NCBI GenBank assembly: GCA_965230895.1
Contig: OZ246394.1
Location: forward strand, 101,879 to 165,878
DNA length: 64,000 nucleotides
DNA from: an uncultured Gammaproteobacteria bacterium
Lineage (GTDB): Bacteria > Patescibacteriota > Microgenomatia > Levybacterales > UBA12049
Direction of reading: 5' to 3'
Positions 9,512 to 19,578 of the stretch are shown here, one piece after another. The stretch's first letter is position 1; every line of letters begins with the position of its first letter. The translations under genes were made by a program, and so were the position numbers. The notes under the pieces were generated by a model. The model made no database searches. It saw only the letters and a list, made by a program, of their open reading frames with translations, and was not told the DNA's origin.

Positions 9512-9528
9512 TTTGGTATAATAACAGT

Positions 9529-10470
9529 ATGAAAAAACCGGAATATCAAGTATTGCTCTACTATAAATATGTCGACGTTGCTATACCTGAGAAAGTCAGA
9601 GAAGAGCAGCGAAGACTGTGTCGTGAACTCAATTTAAAGGGACGTATCATTGTCGCGAAAGAGGGGATTAATGGAACATTGGAAGGTTTAACTGAAGATA
9701 CGGAAAAGTATATTGAAGCGATGGAACAAAGTGAATACTTTAAAGGTATTCATTATAAAAAAAGTCCTGGTGATGGAAAGGGTTTTCCAAAACTTTCAGT
9801 TAAGGCACGAGATGAAGTTGTTACTGCTCGCATGGTTGACCTTAACCCAAATAAAGTAACGGGAAAATATCTTACAGCAGATGAACTTCACGAATGGTTT
9901 GAGAGCGGGAAAGAGTTCTATATTGTTGATATGCGAAATGATTATGAATATAGTTCAGGTCATTTTGAAGGATTTATTCCTTCAGGCTTACATAATTTCT
10001 TTGATCTTCCAGATGTCTTGCCAAAGATTGCTCATTTGAAAAATAAAACAGTTCTTACAGTCTGCACTGGTGGAATTCGTTGTGAAAAAGCTTCAGGATT
10101 TTTAGTAGAAAATGGTTTTAACGATGTCTATCAATTACTTGATGGAATTCAAACATATATGGAGAAATATCCTAATAAACATTTCAAAGGGAAGTTATAT
10201 GTGTTTGATGGACGAATGACATTGGGCTTTAATACTGATTCTCCGGAACATGAAATTGTGGGCAAATGTTTCCACTGTGGCAAAGCAGCTGACACGTATA
10301 CCAACTGTGAATATGATATGTGTCATTATCATTATATCTGCTGTGAAGATTGTCATGATGAAGAAACTGGAATGACATTTGATAAACCAGAGTGTAAGGT
10401 GAATTACTTTAAGTACCAAAAACCTAAGATGGACGCAAAAAAGCAAAAATCTTCTCAAGCTTCAGCATAA
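9529..10470 (+). CDS. trhO: Rhodanese-domain tRNA U34 hydroxylase TrhO (UPF0176/YceA)
   Basis: LLYYKY, GRIIVAKEGINGT, DMRNDYE, CTGGIRCEKAS, GKLYVFDGR; Cys-rich C-terminus. Confidence 0.9.
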   Translation: MKKPEYQVLLYYKYVDVAIPEKVREEQRRLCRELNLKGRIIVAKEGINGTLEGLTEDTEKYIEAMEQSEYFKGIHYKKSPGDGKGFPKLSVKARDEVVTARMVDLNPNKVTGKYLTADELHEWFESGKEFYIVDMRNDYEYSSGHFEGFIPSGLHNFFDLPDVLPKIAHLKNKTVLTVCTGGIRCEKASGFLVENGFNDVYQLLDGIQTYMEKYPNKHFKGKLYVFDGRMTLGFNTDSPEHEIVGKCFHCGKAADTYTNCEYDMCHYHYICCEDCHDEETGMTFDKPECKVNYFKYQKPKMDAKKQKSSQASA

Positions 10471-10544
10471 GCCTCCATTGACAAATTGTTGAGATTACAC
10501 CATGATAAAGCTAACCTCGATTGGTTCGAAAGGGGGTGAGTATT

Positions 10545-10967
10545 GTGGATCTACAAATAAATTACTTGGCTGTTCTTCTTGCTGGAATTGGTTCAATGGT
10601 TGTTGGTTTTCTTTGGTATTCTCATCTTCTGTTTGCAAAACCTTGGATGAAGCAAATGGGCTATACAAAAGAGAGTATGGCAAAAGAGCAGAAACAAGCA
10701 GGCCCTTGGTATGCATTGAGTTTTATTGCGGCACTTGTTACAGCATTTATGCTTGCGCATGTGATGGCTCTTTCTGAACACTTTTACGGATATACACCAT
10801 TGACGACAGGATTAACCTCCGCCTTTTTTATGTGGTTAGGTTTCGTCGCTCCAGTGCAGTTAACTGACGTTATATTTGGAAGTAAAAAGACAAAGCTTTT
10901 CCTTATAAATACAGGATACCAACTTACAGCTTTGGTTGTGATGGGTGTTGTGCTTGGCATTCTATAG
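10545..10967 (+). CDS. DUF1761-family membrane protein
   Basis: INYLAVL...GFLWYS.LF.KPW, WLGF and INTGY motifs; SD AAGGGGGTGA before GTG 10545. Confidence 0.8.
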   Translation: MDLQINYLAVLLAGIGSMVVGFLWYSHLLFAKPWMKQMGYTKESMAKEQKQAGPWYALSFIAALVTAFMLAHVMALSEHFYGYTPLTTGLTSAFFMWLGFVAPVQLTDVIFGSKKTKLFLINTGYQLTALVVMGVVLGIL

Positions 10968-11051
10968 TTACATACTTTACTATTTTTTAGAAGACACTCA
11001 AATGAGGGTAAATTGCGTGCTTTTTAGCCTTATCTGATTTATAATTGTAAC

Positions 11052-12176
11052 GTGGTACAATCTGTTGACCAAATGAGTCCAATATCTGAACCTTTGCCTT
11101 CGACGAAATGGTATCATCGTCGGTCTGTTTTACTGTTTTTTTCACTACTTTGTATTTGTGGTTTAGTAGGGCTTTTTATAATGCGAAACTCTTCTTCCCA
11201 ACCAGTCCAAAAAGTTACGAATACTATTAAAACTATGGCATCAATCCCGACTGATATTCCAAAACCAACTCCATATCCTTTTTATGACTTAACAATTCCA
11301 TATCTTCGTGAACAAACATACTTAAGTACCTTAAGTAATCTTGAAGAAGTTTCAAGTAATGATAGTTATACATCCTATGTGACGAGTTTTACATCTGATG
11401 GATTAAAAATAAATGGATGGTTAACACGTCCAGCTGGAGATATGCCTGAGGGTGGATGGCCAGCGATTGTATTCATCCATGGATATTTACCACCACGTTC
11501 ATATGAGACCTTGGGCCAACCATATTCAACATATGTAGATTATCTTGCGAAGAATGGATTTGTTGTCTACAAAATTGACCTTCGTGGACATGGTAATTCA
11601 CAGGGAGAGCCAGGTGGGGCTTACTATTCATCAGATTATGTTATTGATACGCTTAATGCGTACAGTGCTTTACAAAAAGCCGATTTTGTAAATCCTAAAA
11701 AAGTTGGAATCTGGGGACACAGTATGGCAGGAAATGTTTCAATGAGAGCTGTTGCTACGAAACCAGATATTCCAGCTGTTGTTATCTGGGGCGGGGCAGG
11801 ATATACATATACTGATTTAATTTCATATCGAATTACAGATTCAAGCTATGACCCTTCTCAAAGTAGTGCTACTCGAACTCGGAAAAGAGAGCAAATCCGC
11901 AAGCTTTACGGAGATCCTGATCCTACAAAAGTTTTTTGGCAACAAATGGCACCAACAAGTTATTTACGTGATATCACGGGAGCAATAGAGTTACATCATG
12001 CAGAGGACGATAATGTGGTTGATGTTCGTTATAGTCGTGACCTTAATGCACTTTTAGATAAAACTTCTGTGAATCATGAGTTTTATGAATATCCAACTGG
12101 AGGCCATAATATTTCTGGAGAAAGTTTTACTGTTGCTATGCAGCGAACAGTAGATTTTTTTAAGAAGTATTTGTAG
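11052..12176 (+). CDS. Membrane-anchored alpha/beta hydrolase (S9 peptidase/esterase-like)
   Basis: N-terminal TM; HG, DLRGHG, nucleophile elbow GHSMAG, DDNVV and GGHN triad residues. Confidence 0.85.
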   Translation: MVQSVDQMSPISEPLPSTKWYHRRSVLLFFSLLCICGLVGLFIMRNSSSQPVQKVTNTIKTMASIPTDIPKPTPYPFYDLTIPYLREQTYLSTLSNLEEVSSNDSYTSYVTSFTSDGLKINGWLTRPAGDMPEGGWPAIVFIHGYLPPRSYETLGQPYSTYVDYLAKNGFVVYKIDLRGHGNSQGEPGGAYYSSDYVIDTLNAYSALQKADFVNPKKVGIWGHSMAGNVSMRAVATKPDIPAVVIWGGAGYTYTDLISYRITDSSYDPSQSSATRTRKREQIRKLYGDPDPTKVFWQQMAPTSYLRDITGAIELHHAEDDNVVDVRYSRDLNALLDKTSVNHEFYEYPTGGHNISGESFTVAMQRTVDFFKKYL

Positions 12177-12192
12177 TACTATTAAATAAGTT

Positions 12193-13176
12193 ATGATGCG
12201 TTATTATGATTTCAATGGTCCTCAAGCGAGGCGGCCATCCAGAAGAGTCAAAAGAAAAAGTATGAAAGTAGTGAGCTTTATGCTGCTTGCTTTTATCGTG
12301 CTACCAACAATAATTGGGACGTATGTCTTTAATCGTGATCAATTCTCTTCTAAGAAAGAGACATTGGCTATGACTATTGCTCCAACCGCAACTTCAATTC
12401 CTACAGCGACACCACCATTACAATCAGATGAGATTGATAAAATTGTGAAGGGAGAGCTTGAAGGTACAAAAGGAAAATATAGTGTTGTCGTCCGTAATTT
12501 AAATACTGGAGAAGCGTATGCATATAATGAACATCAGAAATACCAAGCAGCAAGTCTTTATAAATTGTGGGTTATGGCTGTTGCTTATAACCAAATCCAA
12601 GATGGTAAATTAAAAGAAAACGAAGTATTGGCGAGTGACGTTGCAACTATTAACGCAAAGTTTAACATTGGAACTGAATCTGCGGAGTTGAAAGAAGGTT
12701 CTGTATCGTTCCCAGTAAATCAAGCATTACAGCAGATGATAACAATTTCTCATAATTATGCAGCCTTACTTCTTGCACAGAAAGTAAAATTATCTAACAT
12801 TACAACTTTCTTAAAGGATCACAACTACACTGAATCAAAAGTAGGTTCTCCGCCACAAACGACTGCATATGATGTAGCGAATTTTATGGAGGATCTCTAT
12901 GATGGCAAGTTGGCAAACGCAGAAAAAACTTCAACTATGATTGATCTCTTAAAACGCCAACGTTTAAATAATAAATTACCAAAGAATCTTCCTGAGGGAA
13001 CTGTAATCGCTCATAAAACAGGCGAGCTCAGCGGAGTTACTCATGATGCTGGAATTGTATATACAGATAAGGGTAATTATATAATTGTTGTCATGTCTGA
13101 AAGTACTTTACCTGCGGCAGCAGAAGATCGGATAGCAAATATTTCAAAAGATATCTACGAGTATTTTGAGAAGTAA
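12193..13176 (+). CDS. Membrane-anchored serine hydrolase, class A beta-lactamase-like/PBP fold
   Basis: SxxK (ASLYK), SxN (SHN) and HKTG motifs; N-terminal TM. Confidence 0.85.
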   Translation: MMRYYDFNGPQARRPSRRVKRKSMKVVSFMLLAFIVLPTIIGTYVFNRDQFSSKKETLAMTIAPTATSIPTATPPLQSDEIDKIVKGELEGTKGKYSVVVRNLNTGEAYAYNEHQKYQAASLYKLWVMAVAYNQIQDGKLKENEVLASDVATINAKFNIGTESAELKEGSVSFPVNQALQQMITISHNYAALLLAQKVKLSNITTFLKDHNYTESKVGSPPQTTAYDVANFMEDLYDGKLANAEKTSTMIDLLKRQRLNNKLPKNLPEGTVIAHKTGELSGVTHDAGIVYTDKGNYIIVVMSESTLPAAAEDRIANISKDIYEYFEK

Positions 13177-13177
13177 A

Positions 13178-13729
13178 TTAGTCTTCAGGCTCTGGAGGTA
13201 AAAATTCTTCGCCACCTGAATCAGCTTTTTGTGGATATTCGTTATATTTTAACCAATATACATAGGTACATCCAGTAGCTTTACGTGTTTTACTATCCCA
13301 ACCCGCTGTGCTGCATTTTTTCATTTTCTTTCCAGCATTTGTTGTAAAAAGTACTAATTTATTTCCACATTCAGGGCAATCTTCATCCAAAGGTTCGGTA
13401 CTTCCGTTGATCCATTCAACATAATCACATCCAACAACTTTTTTCGCAGCTGAATCCCAAGATCCTGCAGAGCATTTCTTCATCTTCTTTCCGAAGCGAG
13501 TTGTTGAAAGTATAAGCTTTGAACCACATTTAGGGCATTTCTCATCAAGTTCTTCTGGTTCAACTTCAAACCACTTTACATAGTCACATCCTACGTTCTT
13601 TTTTGTTTCTGGGTCCCAGGAACCTTTTGTGCATCTTTGAAGTTTTCGTCCTGTTTTTGTAACGGTTATTTCTCCAAGAGGAGCCCCACATTTAGGGCAA
13701 ACTTCATCTTTTTGTTTTTCTTCACTCAT
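13178..13729 (-). CDS. Stand-alone protein of three topoisomerase-I-type C4 zinc ribbons
   Basis: Three repeats of CPxCG...GKK/GRK...C...WD...KK..GCxYVxW. Confidence 0.8.
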   Translation of the reverse strand: MSEEKQKDEVCPKCGAPLGEITVTKTGRKLQRCTKGSWDPETKKNVGCDYVKWFEVEPEELDEKCPKCGSKLILSTTRFGKKMKKCSAGSWDSAAKKVVGCDYVEWINGSTEPLDEDCPECGNKLVLFTTNAGKKMKKCSTAGWDSKTRKATGCTYVYWLKYNEYPQKADSGGEEFLPPEPED

Positions 13730-13843
13730 GAATACCTATGTTACTGGTTTTATAATTCAGAGTCAAGAGAGACAAAATATGATCAACTATCTCATCTTAG
13801 TATAATTTTATATTATATAAATATATGAGGATTGATGTATAAT

Positions 13844-13876
13844 CTTAAGCAAACGTTAAGGAATCCATTCTACAAT
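13844..13876 (+). promoter_or_regulatory. Response-regulator direct-repeat site plus -10 box (candidate autoregulatory promoter)
   Basis: CTTAAG-CAAAC-GTTAAG, 10 nt, TACAAT, 6 nt, ATG of the response regulator. Confidence 0.7.
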
Positions 13877-13882
13877 TGATTT

Positions 13883-14554
13883 ATGAGAATTTTGGTAGTC
13901 GAAGATGAAGAGAAAATAGCAAATGCAATGAAGCGTGCTTTAGAGCTCCAAAAGTATGCAGTGGATGTCGCATACAATGGAGATGATGGTTTGGACCTGG
14001 CAATAGGAGAAAAGTTTGATTTGATAATTCTTGATTTAATGTTACCTGGTGTTGATGGGTTAACTATATGCAAAAAAATCCGCTCAGAAGGTATTCATAC
14101 ACCTGTACTTATGCTCACTGCTAAAGGTCAGATATCAGATAAAGTGACTGGACTTGATATGGGTGCGGATGATTATATGCAGAAACCTTTTTCATTCGAG
14201 GAGCTCTTTGCACGAATTAGAGCTCTCGTTCGGCGACCTACACATGTAAGTGAGCCAGTATTAAAGATTGGAAATCTTTCTCTGGATCCAACGAACTTTG
14301 CAGTAAAAAGGGAGGGACAAAATATTATCCTCTCCGTTAAAGAATATTCTCTCCTAGAATACTTAATGAGAAATAAGAAAAATGTTTTATCCCGTGAACA
14401 GATAGTTTCTCATGTCTGGGATTATGATGCGGATATCTTGCCAACTACTGTTGAGGTGCATATGAAACATCTTCGTGATAAAGTAGATACACCTTTTGCC
14501 CATAAGTATATAAAGACAATCCGCGGCAGAGGGTACACGATAAACGAAGATTAA
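13883..14554 (+). CDS. OmpR/PhoB-family response regulator
   Basis: Receiver LVVEDE, LDLMLPGVDG, GADDY.KPF; winged-helix C-terminus VEVHMKHLRDK, TIRGRGY. Confidence 0.95.
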   Translation: MRILVVEDEEKIANAMKRALELQKYAVDVAYNGDDGLDLAIGEKFDLIILDLMLPGVDGLTICKKIRSEGIHTPVLMLTAKGQISDKVTGLDMGADDYMQKPFSFEELFARIRALVRRPTHVSEPVLKIGNLSLDPTNFAVKREGQNIILSVKEYSLLEYLMRNKKNVLSREQIVSHVWDYDADILPTTVEVHMKHLRDKVDTPFAHKYIKTIRGRGYTINED

Positions 14555-14556
14555 TC

Positions 14557-15561
14557 ATGTTTGAATCAGCCCGTTTGAAATTAACTGCCTGGTATTTGCT
14601 CATAATCATGCTTATTAGCGTGTTTTTTAGCATAGCCTTTTATCATTCCTCGACACGTGAAATACAAATGCTTATCGATCGTATCAAGATGGACCAGCAA
14701 AGAACAAAAGATAGTGTATTTATATTTAGCAATAGACCCTCATTGCCATTTACACTGGATGAACTTGAAGATGCCAAACAAAGAATAATGATTAACTTAA
14801 CTATTCTTAATGGAATCATCCTTGTTTTTGCAGGCGCTGCTGGTTATTTTCTTGCTGGGAGAACATTGCGACCTATTAAGATAATGATCGATGAGCAAAA
14901 TCAATTTATTTCTAGCTCTTCGCACGAACTTCGTACTCCTATTACTTCAATGCGCGCTGAGATGGAAGGGAATCTCATGGAAAAACATATATCAGATAAA
15001 AGAGCACGTGCTCTTATAAAAAGCAATTTAGAAGAACTAGCAGAGCTTCAAGAGTTAACAAATAATCTCTTACAGCTTGCACAAGTGCATTCAATCCAAT
15101 TAGCAAAATACGATGAAGAGGTTTCAATAAAAAATACATTACTTTCTGTTCAGAAAAAGATTTCGCCTTTAGCAAAAAAGAAAAATATTCGGTGCGACTT
15201 TAATTTAGTTGATGGAATTGTTATTGGTCAGGAAAAAAATTTGAGGGAAGTTTTCGTGATCCTTTTGGAAAACGCGATTAAATATAGTCCAGAAAAATCG
15301 ACAATTAAAGTCGTTTCAAAAAAGATAAAAAATACAATTGAAGTTTCCGTAAAAGACAAGGGGATTGGTATCTCCGAAACAGACCTTCCAAGGATATTTG
15401 AACGATTCTATCGTGCTGATAAATCACGCCATAAAGATGGTTATGGACTTGGACTTTCGATCGCTAAAAAGATTGTAGAAATGCATGGTGGATCAATAAA
15501 AGCAGAAAGTAAAGAAGGCAAAGGTTCTCTATTTATTGTGACACTTCCGCTTAAAAAGTAA
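14557..15561 (+). CDS. Sensor histidine kinase with two TM helices and a short extracytoplasmic loop
   Basis: H-box SHELRTP, N-box ENAIKYS, DKGIGI, IFERFYR, GYGLGLSIAK. Confidence 0.95.
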   Translation: MFESARLKLTAWYLLIIMLISVFFSIAFYHSSTREIQMLIDRIKMDQQRTKDSVFIFSNRPSLPFTLDELEDAKQRIMINLTILNGIILVFAGAAGYFLAGRTLRPIKIMIDEQNQFISSSSHELRTPITSMRAEMEGNLMEKHISDKRARALIKSNLEELAELQELTNNLLQLAQVHSIQLAKYDEEVSIKNTLLSVQKKISPLAKKKNIRCDFNLVDGIVIGQEKNLREVFVILLENAIKYSPEKSTIKVVSKKIKNTIEVSVKDKGIGISETDLPRIFERFYRADKSRHKDGYGLGLSIAKKIVEMHGGSIKAESKEGKGSLFIVTLPLKK

Positions 15562-15578
15562 TTTGTTCTAGCTCTCCA

Positions 15579-15611
15579 ATAAAGCAATTATTAAGATTGT
15601 AAAGATACAAT
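15579..15611 (+). promoter_or_regulatory. Response-regulator direct-repeat site plus -10 box
   Basis: ATAAAG-CAATT-ATTAAG, 10 nt, TACAAT. Confidence 0.6.
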
Positions 15612-15648
15612 AACACAGTACTACATGAGAAAGGAGGTGAGTAATATC

Positions 15649-16191
15649 TTGAAGAAAAAAGCAATATTAACAGCTGCTGCAGTATCAGTCCTCGGCGCAG
15701 GAATTTTATCTGCATCCACAGCTTTTGCACAAACGACAACATCCACACAAGATCCGATGAATTCTATTGTGCAAAAAATAGCTGATAAGTTCAATCTCAA
15801 CAAGGATGATGTTCAAGCTGTGTTTGATGAGGCACATGAAGAGCAACATGCAAAAATGGAAGCAAATTTTGAATCGCAACTTTCCCAATATGTGAGCGAG
15901 GGAAAGATAACAGAGGCTCAAAAGAAGCTTATCATTGAAAAGCGAACTGAGATGGAATCTCAAATGAAAGCCGATCGGGATTCATTCAAGAATCTTTCGC
16001 AAGACGAGCGAAAGTCTCAGATGGAAACAAAGAGAGCGGAGCTTGAATCTTGGGCGAAAGAAAATAATATAGACCTTCAATATTTAATGCCAAAGTTCGG
16101 TAAAGGAGGTCCTGGAATGGGGGGACATAGAGGATTTGGTCAAGGCGCAGATGATCAACAATCTACTGTTGCTCCAACAGCAACCCAATAA
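15649..16191 (+). CDS. Secreted helical protein (Spy/DUF2680-like character)
   Basis: SD AAGGAGGTGA (15631-15640) then TTG; signal peptide ending AFA; GKITEAQ and LSQDERK motifs; Gly-rich tail. Confidence 0.7.
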   Translation: MKKKAILTAAAVSVLGAGILSASTAFAQTTTSTQDPMNSIVQKIADKFNLNKDDVQAVFDEAHEEQHAKMEANFESQLSQYVSEGKITEAQKKLIIEKRTEMESQMKADRDSFKNLSQDERKSQMETKRAELESWAKENNIDLQYLMPKFGKGGPGMGGHRGFGQGADDQQSTVAPTATQ

Positions 16192-16219
16192 AAGAGAAGT
16201 TCATAGGGAAAACTTCAAA

Positions 16220-16250
16220 GCAGCTCTCGACGAAACTCGGGAGCTGTTCT
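16220..16250 (+). terminator. Probable intrinsic terminator
   Basis: GCAGCTCTCGA-CGAAAC-TCGGGAGCTGT stem with a weak U tail. Confidence 0.55.
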
Positions 16251-16291
16251 GGTGGAATTTGGAAAAAATATAATTTATAATACGAGTAAAG

Positions 16292-17743
16292 ATGAGTTTT
16301 GTTAAAAAAGATAAATACTATAAGCTTATTCTTATCCTAGTAACTCTTACATGTCTCACATTCTTCATTGCCTATGCAGTTTTATCAGTTGTTCGTCACG
16401 CTAATTATCAGTCATTTGGATATGATTTAGGTATAAACAATCAAGTAGTATGGCGGTACAGCACTTTCCAACCTCCGATTACTACTTCTGATCCTTTCCC
16501 TGGAGAAACAAAACTAGTGACTCATGTGGAATTCGTCTATGCGTTGCTAGCACCTTTTTATTGGATCTGGAGTACTGCACGCATGCTACTTATAGTTGAC
16601 GCTTTATTAATTAGTTTATCTGCTTTCGCAGTTTATTTACTTGCAAAAAAGTACAAGCTTCATGCAAGTTTATGTATAGCGTTACCATTTTCTTACCTTA
16701 TGTTTTATGGTGTGCAAAATGCTATGTGGTTTGATGTGCATAGTTCAAGTTTTGCAGCTGGATTCTTAGCATGGTTTTTATATTTCATTGATAGTAAAAA
16801 GTACAAATTTTCCTGGATTTTTCTTATTCTTGCTATAACTGCAAAAGAGAATATTGGTTTGCTCACATTGCTTATTTGTGTAATATATTTTTGGAAATAT
16901 CGAACAAAGCAAATTATCTGGATGGGTGTTCTATCTATCACGTATTTAATTTTTGTTTATCTCGTTTATTTCCCTTACGTAGTTCAAAAAGAATACTTAT
17001 ATCAGAACAATCAGGGGTTACTCTCAAATCTTAATCCAATAAGTCTTGTTGATTCTTCTGAAAAAAGAGAAGCGATATTTTATTCATTTGCATCTTTTGG
17101 TTTTCTTCCACTGTTGCTCCCTTTCTATCTTCTTCCTGCGATTGGAGATTTTGCGACCTATTTTATTCTCGCGAGTGATTTGACTGCCTCGCATGGAATT
17201 TACATGCACTACCGAGTGACTCTTGCACCATTGTTTCTTTGGGTACTTATACTAGTTCTTTCACGGTATAGACTTTTAAACAATAAATATATTGCAGTAT
17301 ATCTTGTAATTTGTGCATTCGCAGTTCAATATATGCTTCATCTACCGTTAAGTTACCTTACAAAGTCATGGTTTTGGACACCAGCCAGTGGTGTCCTGCA
17401 TATGGATAATGTTAAACATATTCTCCCAAATAATGTATCTGTCGTGGCTCAAAATAATATAGTTCCTCACATTAGCCAGAGAGATCAAATTTATACGTTA
17501 TACCCTGAAAAGAAGAAATTTTTACTGAAAGATTCACCATGTGGTGTTGAGATTTGTGATTGGTTCCGATGGGAGGGAAGACCAGCATTTCTTTTTGTTG
17601 ATACATCGCCGGAGTGGGATGCAAGGCATTTATTAACTGATAGAGATGCATATGTAAAAGGTTTAGAAAATATGAAGGCGAAGAAGATAATTGAAGCGTA
17701 TAGAGTTGACGGTAGTGCTGTGCTTTATAAGATAAATTACTAG
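16292..17743 (+). CDS. DUF2079-family polytopic membrane protein (GT-C-like glycosyltransferase)
   Basis: YDLGI.NQ, FDVH, KEN and HY motifs; many TM helices. Confidence 0.75.
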   Translation: MSFVKKDKYYKLILILVTLTCLTFFIAYAVLSVVRHANYQSFGYDLGINNQVVWRYSTFQPPITTSDPFPGETKLVTHVEFVYALLAPFYWIWSTARMLLIVDALLISLSAFAVYLLAKKYKLHASLCIALPFSYLMFYGVQNAMWFDVHSSSFAAGFLAWFLYFIDSKKYKFSWIFLILAITAKENIGLLTLLICVIYFWKYRTKQIIWMGVLSITYLIFVYLVYFPYVVQKEYLYQNNQGLLSNLNPISLVDSSEKREAIFYSFASFGFLPLLLPFYLLPAIGDFATYFILASDLTASHGIYMHYRVTLAPLFLWVLILVLSRYRLLNNKYIAVYLVICAFAVQYMLHLPLSYLTKSWFWTPASGVLHMDNVKHILPNNVSVVAQNNIVPHISQRDQIYTLYPEKKKFLLKDSPCGVEICDWFRWEGRPAFLFVDTSPEWDARHLLTDRDAYVKGLENMKAKKIIEAYRVDGSAVLYKINY

Positions 17744-17780
17744 TTTTATTTTAGAAGTTTAACGTGTTATACTGACCACA

Positions 17781-18299
17781 ATGGACTTCTCCTTTAAAAC
17801 TATTATTGGAATCATCTTTGTCCTCATCGGCGTAAGCATTATTTTTAACTTTAATATTGGAAAATATCTATTTCCTGCATTTTTAATTATCCTCGGAATC
17901 AGTTTGCTTTTTGGACATAATGGACCGCACGGATTAGGGAATCAAAGTACTTCAAGTCAAAATGTTCTCAATGAATCAGCAGCATTTAGTTCAGTTAATA
18001 AAAAAGTAGAAACAAATGATTTTAAAGGGGGAAAAGTCGATATCGTCTTTGGTGGAGGTGAAATTGATCTCCGCAAAGCCAAAATTGCAAAAGGAGGTAC
18101 AGTTGATCTTGAAGTAAATGCAGTTTTTGGTGGAGTTAAAATCATTGTTCCAGAAAACTGGACAGTGAATAGTAACGTAACTGGAGTATTTGGAGGTTTT
18201 GAAAATCAGACAAAACTTCCTTCTTCAGGGAAAGAACAGGGAAGACTTAATCTTAAAGGCGCTGCTGTATTTGGTGGAGGTTCAGTAGTTAATAAATAA
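17781..18299 (+). CDS. LiaF-like (DUF2154) cell-envelope stress protein
   Basis: Two N-terminal TMs then repeated VFGG; EIDLR; KIIVPENW. Confidence 0.8.
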   Translation: MDFSFKTIIGIIFVLIGVSIIFNFNIGKYLFPAFLIILGISLLFGHNGPHGLGNQSTSSQNVLNESAAFSSVNKKVETNDFKGGKVDIVFGGGEIDLRKAKIAKGGTVDLEVNAVFGGVKIIVPENWTVNSNVTGVFGGFENQTKLPSSGKEQGRLNLKGAAVFGGGSVVNK

Positions 18300-18300
18300 T

Positions 18301-18705
18301 ATGACAAAGCAAAAAATTACAGGTTTTGGTGGTTTTTTCTTCAGATCAAAAAATCCAGACAAATTAAGTGAATGGTACGAAAAGAACTTTGGAATTAATT
18401 CCATTAATAGCACGGAAGTTTGGATGCAACAGTCTGGTCCTACTGTTTTTGCTCCCTTCCCTGAAGACACAGATTATTTTGGCTCACCCAAACAACAAGC
18501 GATGTTAAATTTCCGAGTTAACGATCTTGATGCAATGCTCGCACAGCTTGCAGAAAATGATGTAAAAATTGATGAAAAACGGACAGAGGATTCAATTGGA
18601 AAATTTGCTTCTGTATATGACCTTGAAGGAAATAAAATAGAACTTTGGGAACCATCATCTAAATGGAAAGATTCCCAACCTGAAGATGCTTCAAAACGTT
18701 CTTAG
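18301..18705 (+). CDS. VOC/glyoxalase-family protein
   Basis: GFGGFFFRS.NP..L..WY, MLNFRVNDLD, DLEGNKIELWEP. Confidence 0.85.
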   Translation: MTKQKITGFGGFFFRSKNPDKLSEWYEKNFGINSINSTEVWMQQSGPTVFAPFPEDTDYFGSPKQQAMLNFRVNDLDAMLAQLAENDVKIDEKRTEDSIGKFASVYDLEGNKIELWEPSSKWKDSQPEDASKRS

Positions 18706-19034
18706 TGAGGCTTTTTCTTCTTCGGCTTTGGTAGAGGAAGCTCTGCAGCAGTCTCAGCGATAAGTGTACTTAAGTATCCTCGATCATCCCAATAATCTTC
18801 CGAAATAAGAAAATACATTCTTGCTCCAGGGTAGGGTGGGGCTTCTTGGAGATCTTCTATAAGTACTTTTCCTCGTTCTGTGGGTTTAACAAATAACTGA
18901 TCATCGCATACAAAAGCCACAACTTTTTCATTACAATAAATTGCGTATTCTCCAAACATTTTATGAAATCTAATAGTGCCTGCGCCAAGCATCTGTTCTG
19001 CAAGAAATTCTACAGTCGAAAGTTTGGAGGCCAT
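18702..19034 (-). CDS. TfoX/Sxy N-terminal-domain protein
   Basis: KMFGEYAIY...VCDDQLFVKPT and PYPGA motifs. Confidence 0.8.
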   Translation of the reverse strand: MASKLSTVEFLAEQMLGAGTIRFHKMFGEYAIYCNEKVVAFVCDDQLFVKPTERGKVLIEDLQEAPPYPGARMYFLISEDYWDDRGYLSTLIAETAAELPLPKPKKKKPH

Positions 19035-19105
19035 AAAATAAGTATACTTGAATCATAAAATATTTGTAGAATAATTATTGCTAGTGTGCTATCTTAGTTC
19101 ATGCC

Positions 19106-19549
19106 ATGAATACTAAATCATCAAGAAATTTTGCACCAATATTTTTAATACTTATCATTATTCTCATTTTTACAGCAATTTTTCAGTACGTTAATAACAG
19201 TTCCAAACCTGGAGTAGATAACGCAAATACAACTGTCCCAACACTAGCTCCAACGCAAAAGGTTGAAGGATTACCAAAAGAACAACAATTAGAAGGAAAA
19301 GTATTGTGCCTTCCTCATAAAGATACCAGCGGTCCACAGACACTTGAATGTGCATTTGGTATACAAACTGATGATGGAAAGAATTATGCTTTAGATGCTG
19401 GAAGCACAAGTCCGTTGCCATATAATACTGGTGATCGTATCAGGGCAAACGGGGTGGTTACTCCAATCGAAGCATTAAGTAGTGATCATTGGCAAAAGTA
19501 TGATGTTGTAGGGATCTTCTCGATAAGAGATTCTTTAGAAGTTTTATAG
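19106..19549 (+). CDS. Membrane-anchored hypothetical protein
   Basis: N-terminal TM, PT linker, CLPH...ECAFG cysteine pair. Confidence 0.65.
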   Translation: MNTKSSRNFAPIFLILIIILIFTAIFQYVNNSSKPGVDNANTTVPTLAPTQKVEGLPKEQQLEGKVLCLPHKDTSGPQTLECAFGIQTDDGKNYALDAGSTSPLPYNTGDRIRANGVVTPIEALSSDHWQKYDVVGIFSIRDSLEVL

Positions 19550-19578
19550 TGTAATTCCTTTACCTTCACACTAATTTT

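Noticed and set aside
12193-13176. Bona fide class A beta-lactamase resistance gene
   Set aside because: Membrane-anchored, SHN rather than SDN, and no clear omega-loop ExxLN; more likely a cell-wall serine hydrolase
13795-13830. Very AT-rich tract as a replication origin or unwinding element
   Set aside because: No DnaA boxes seen nearby; explained as the spacer between divergent promoters
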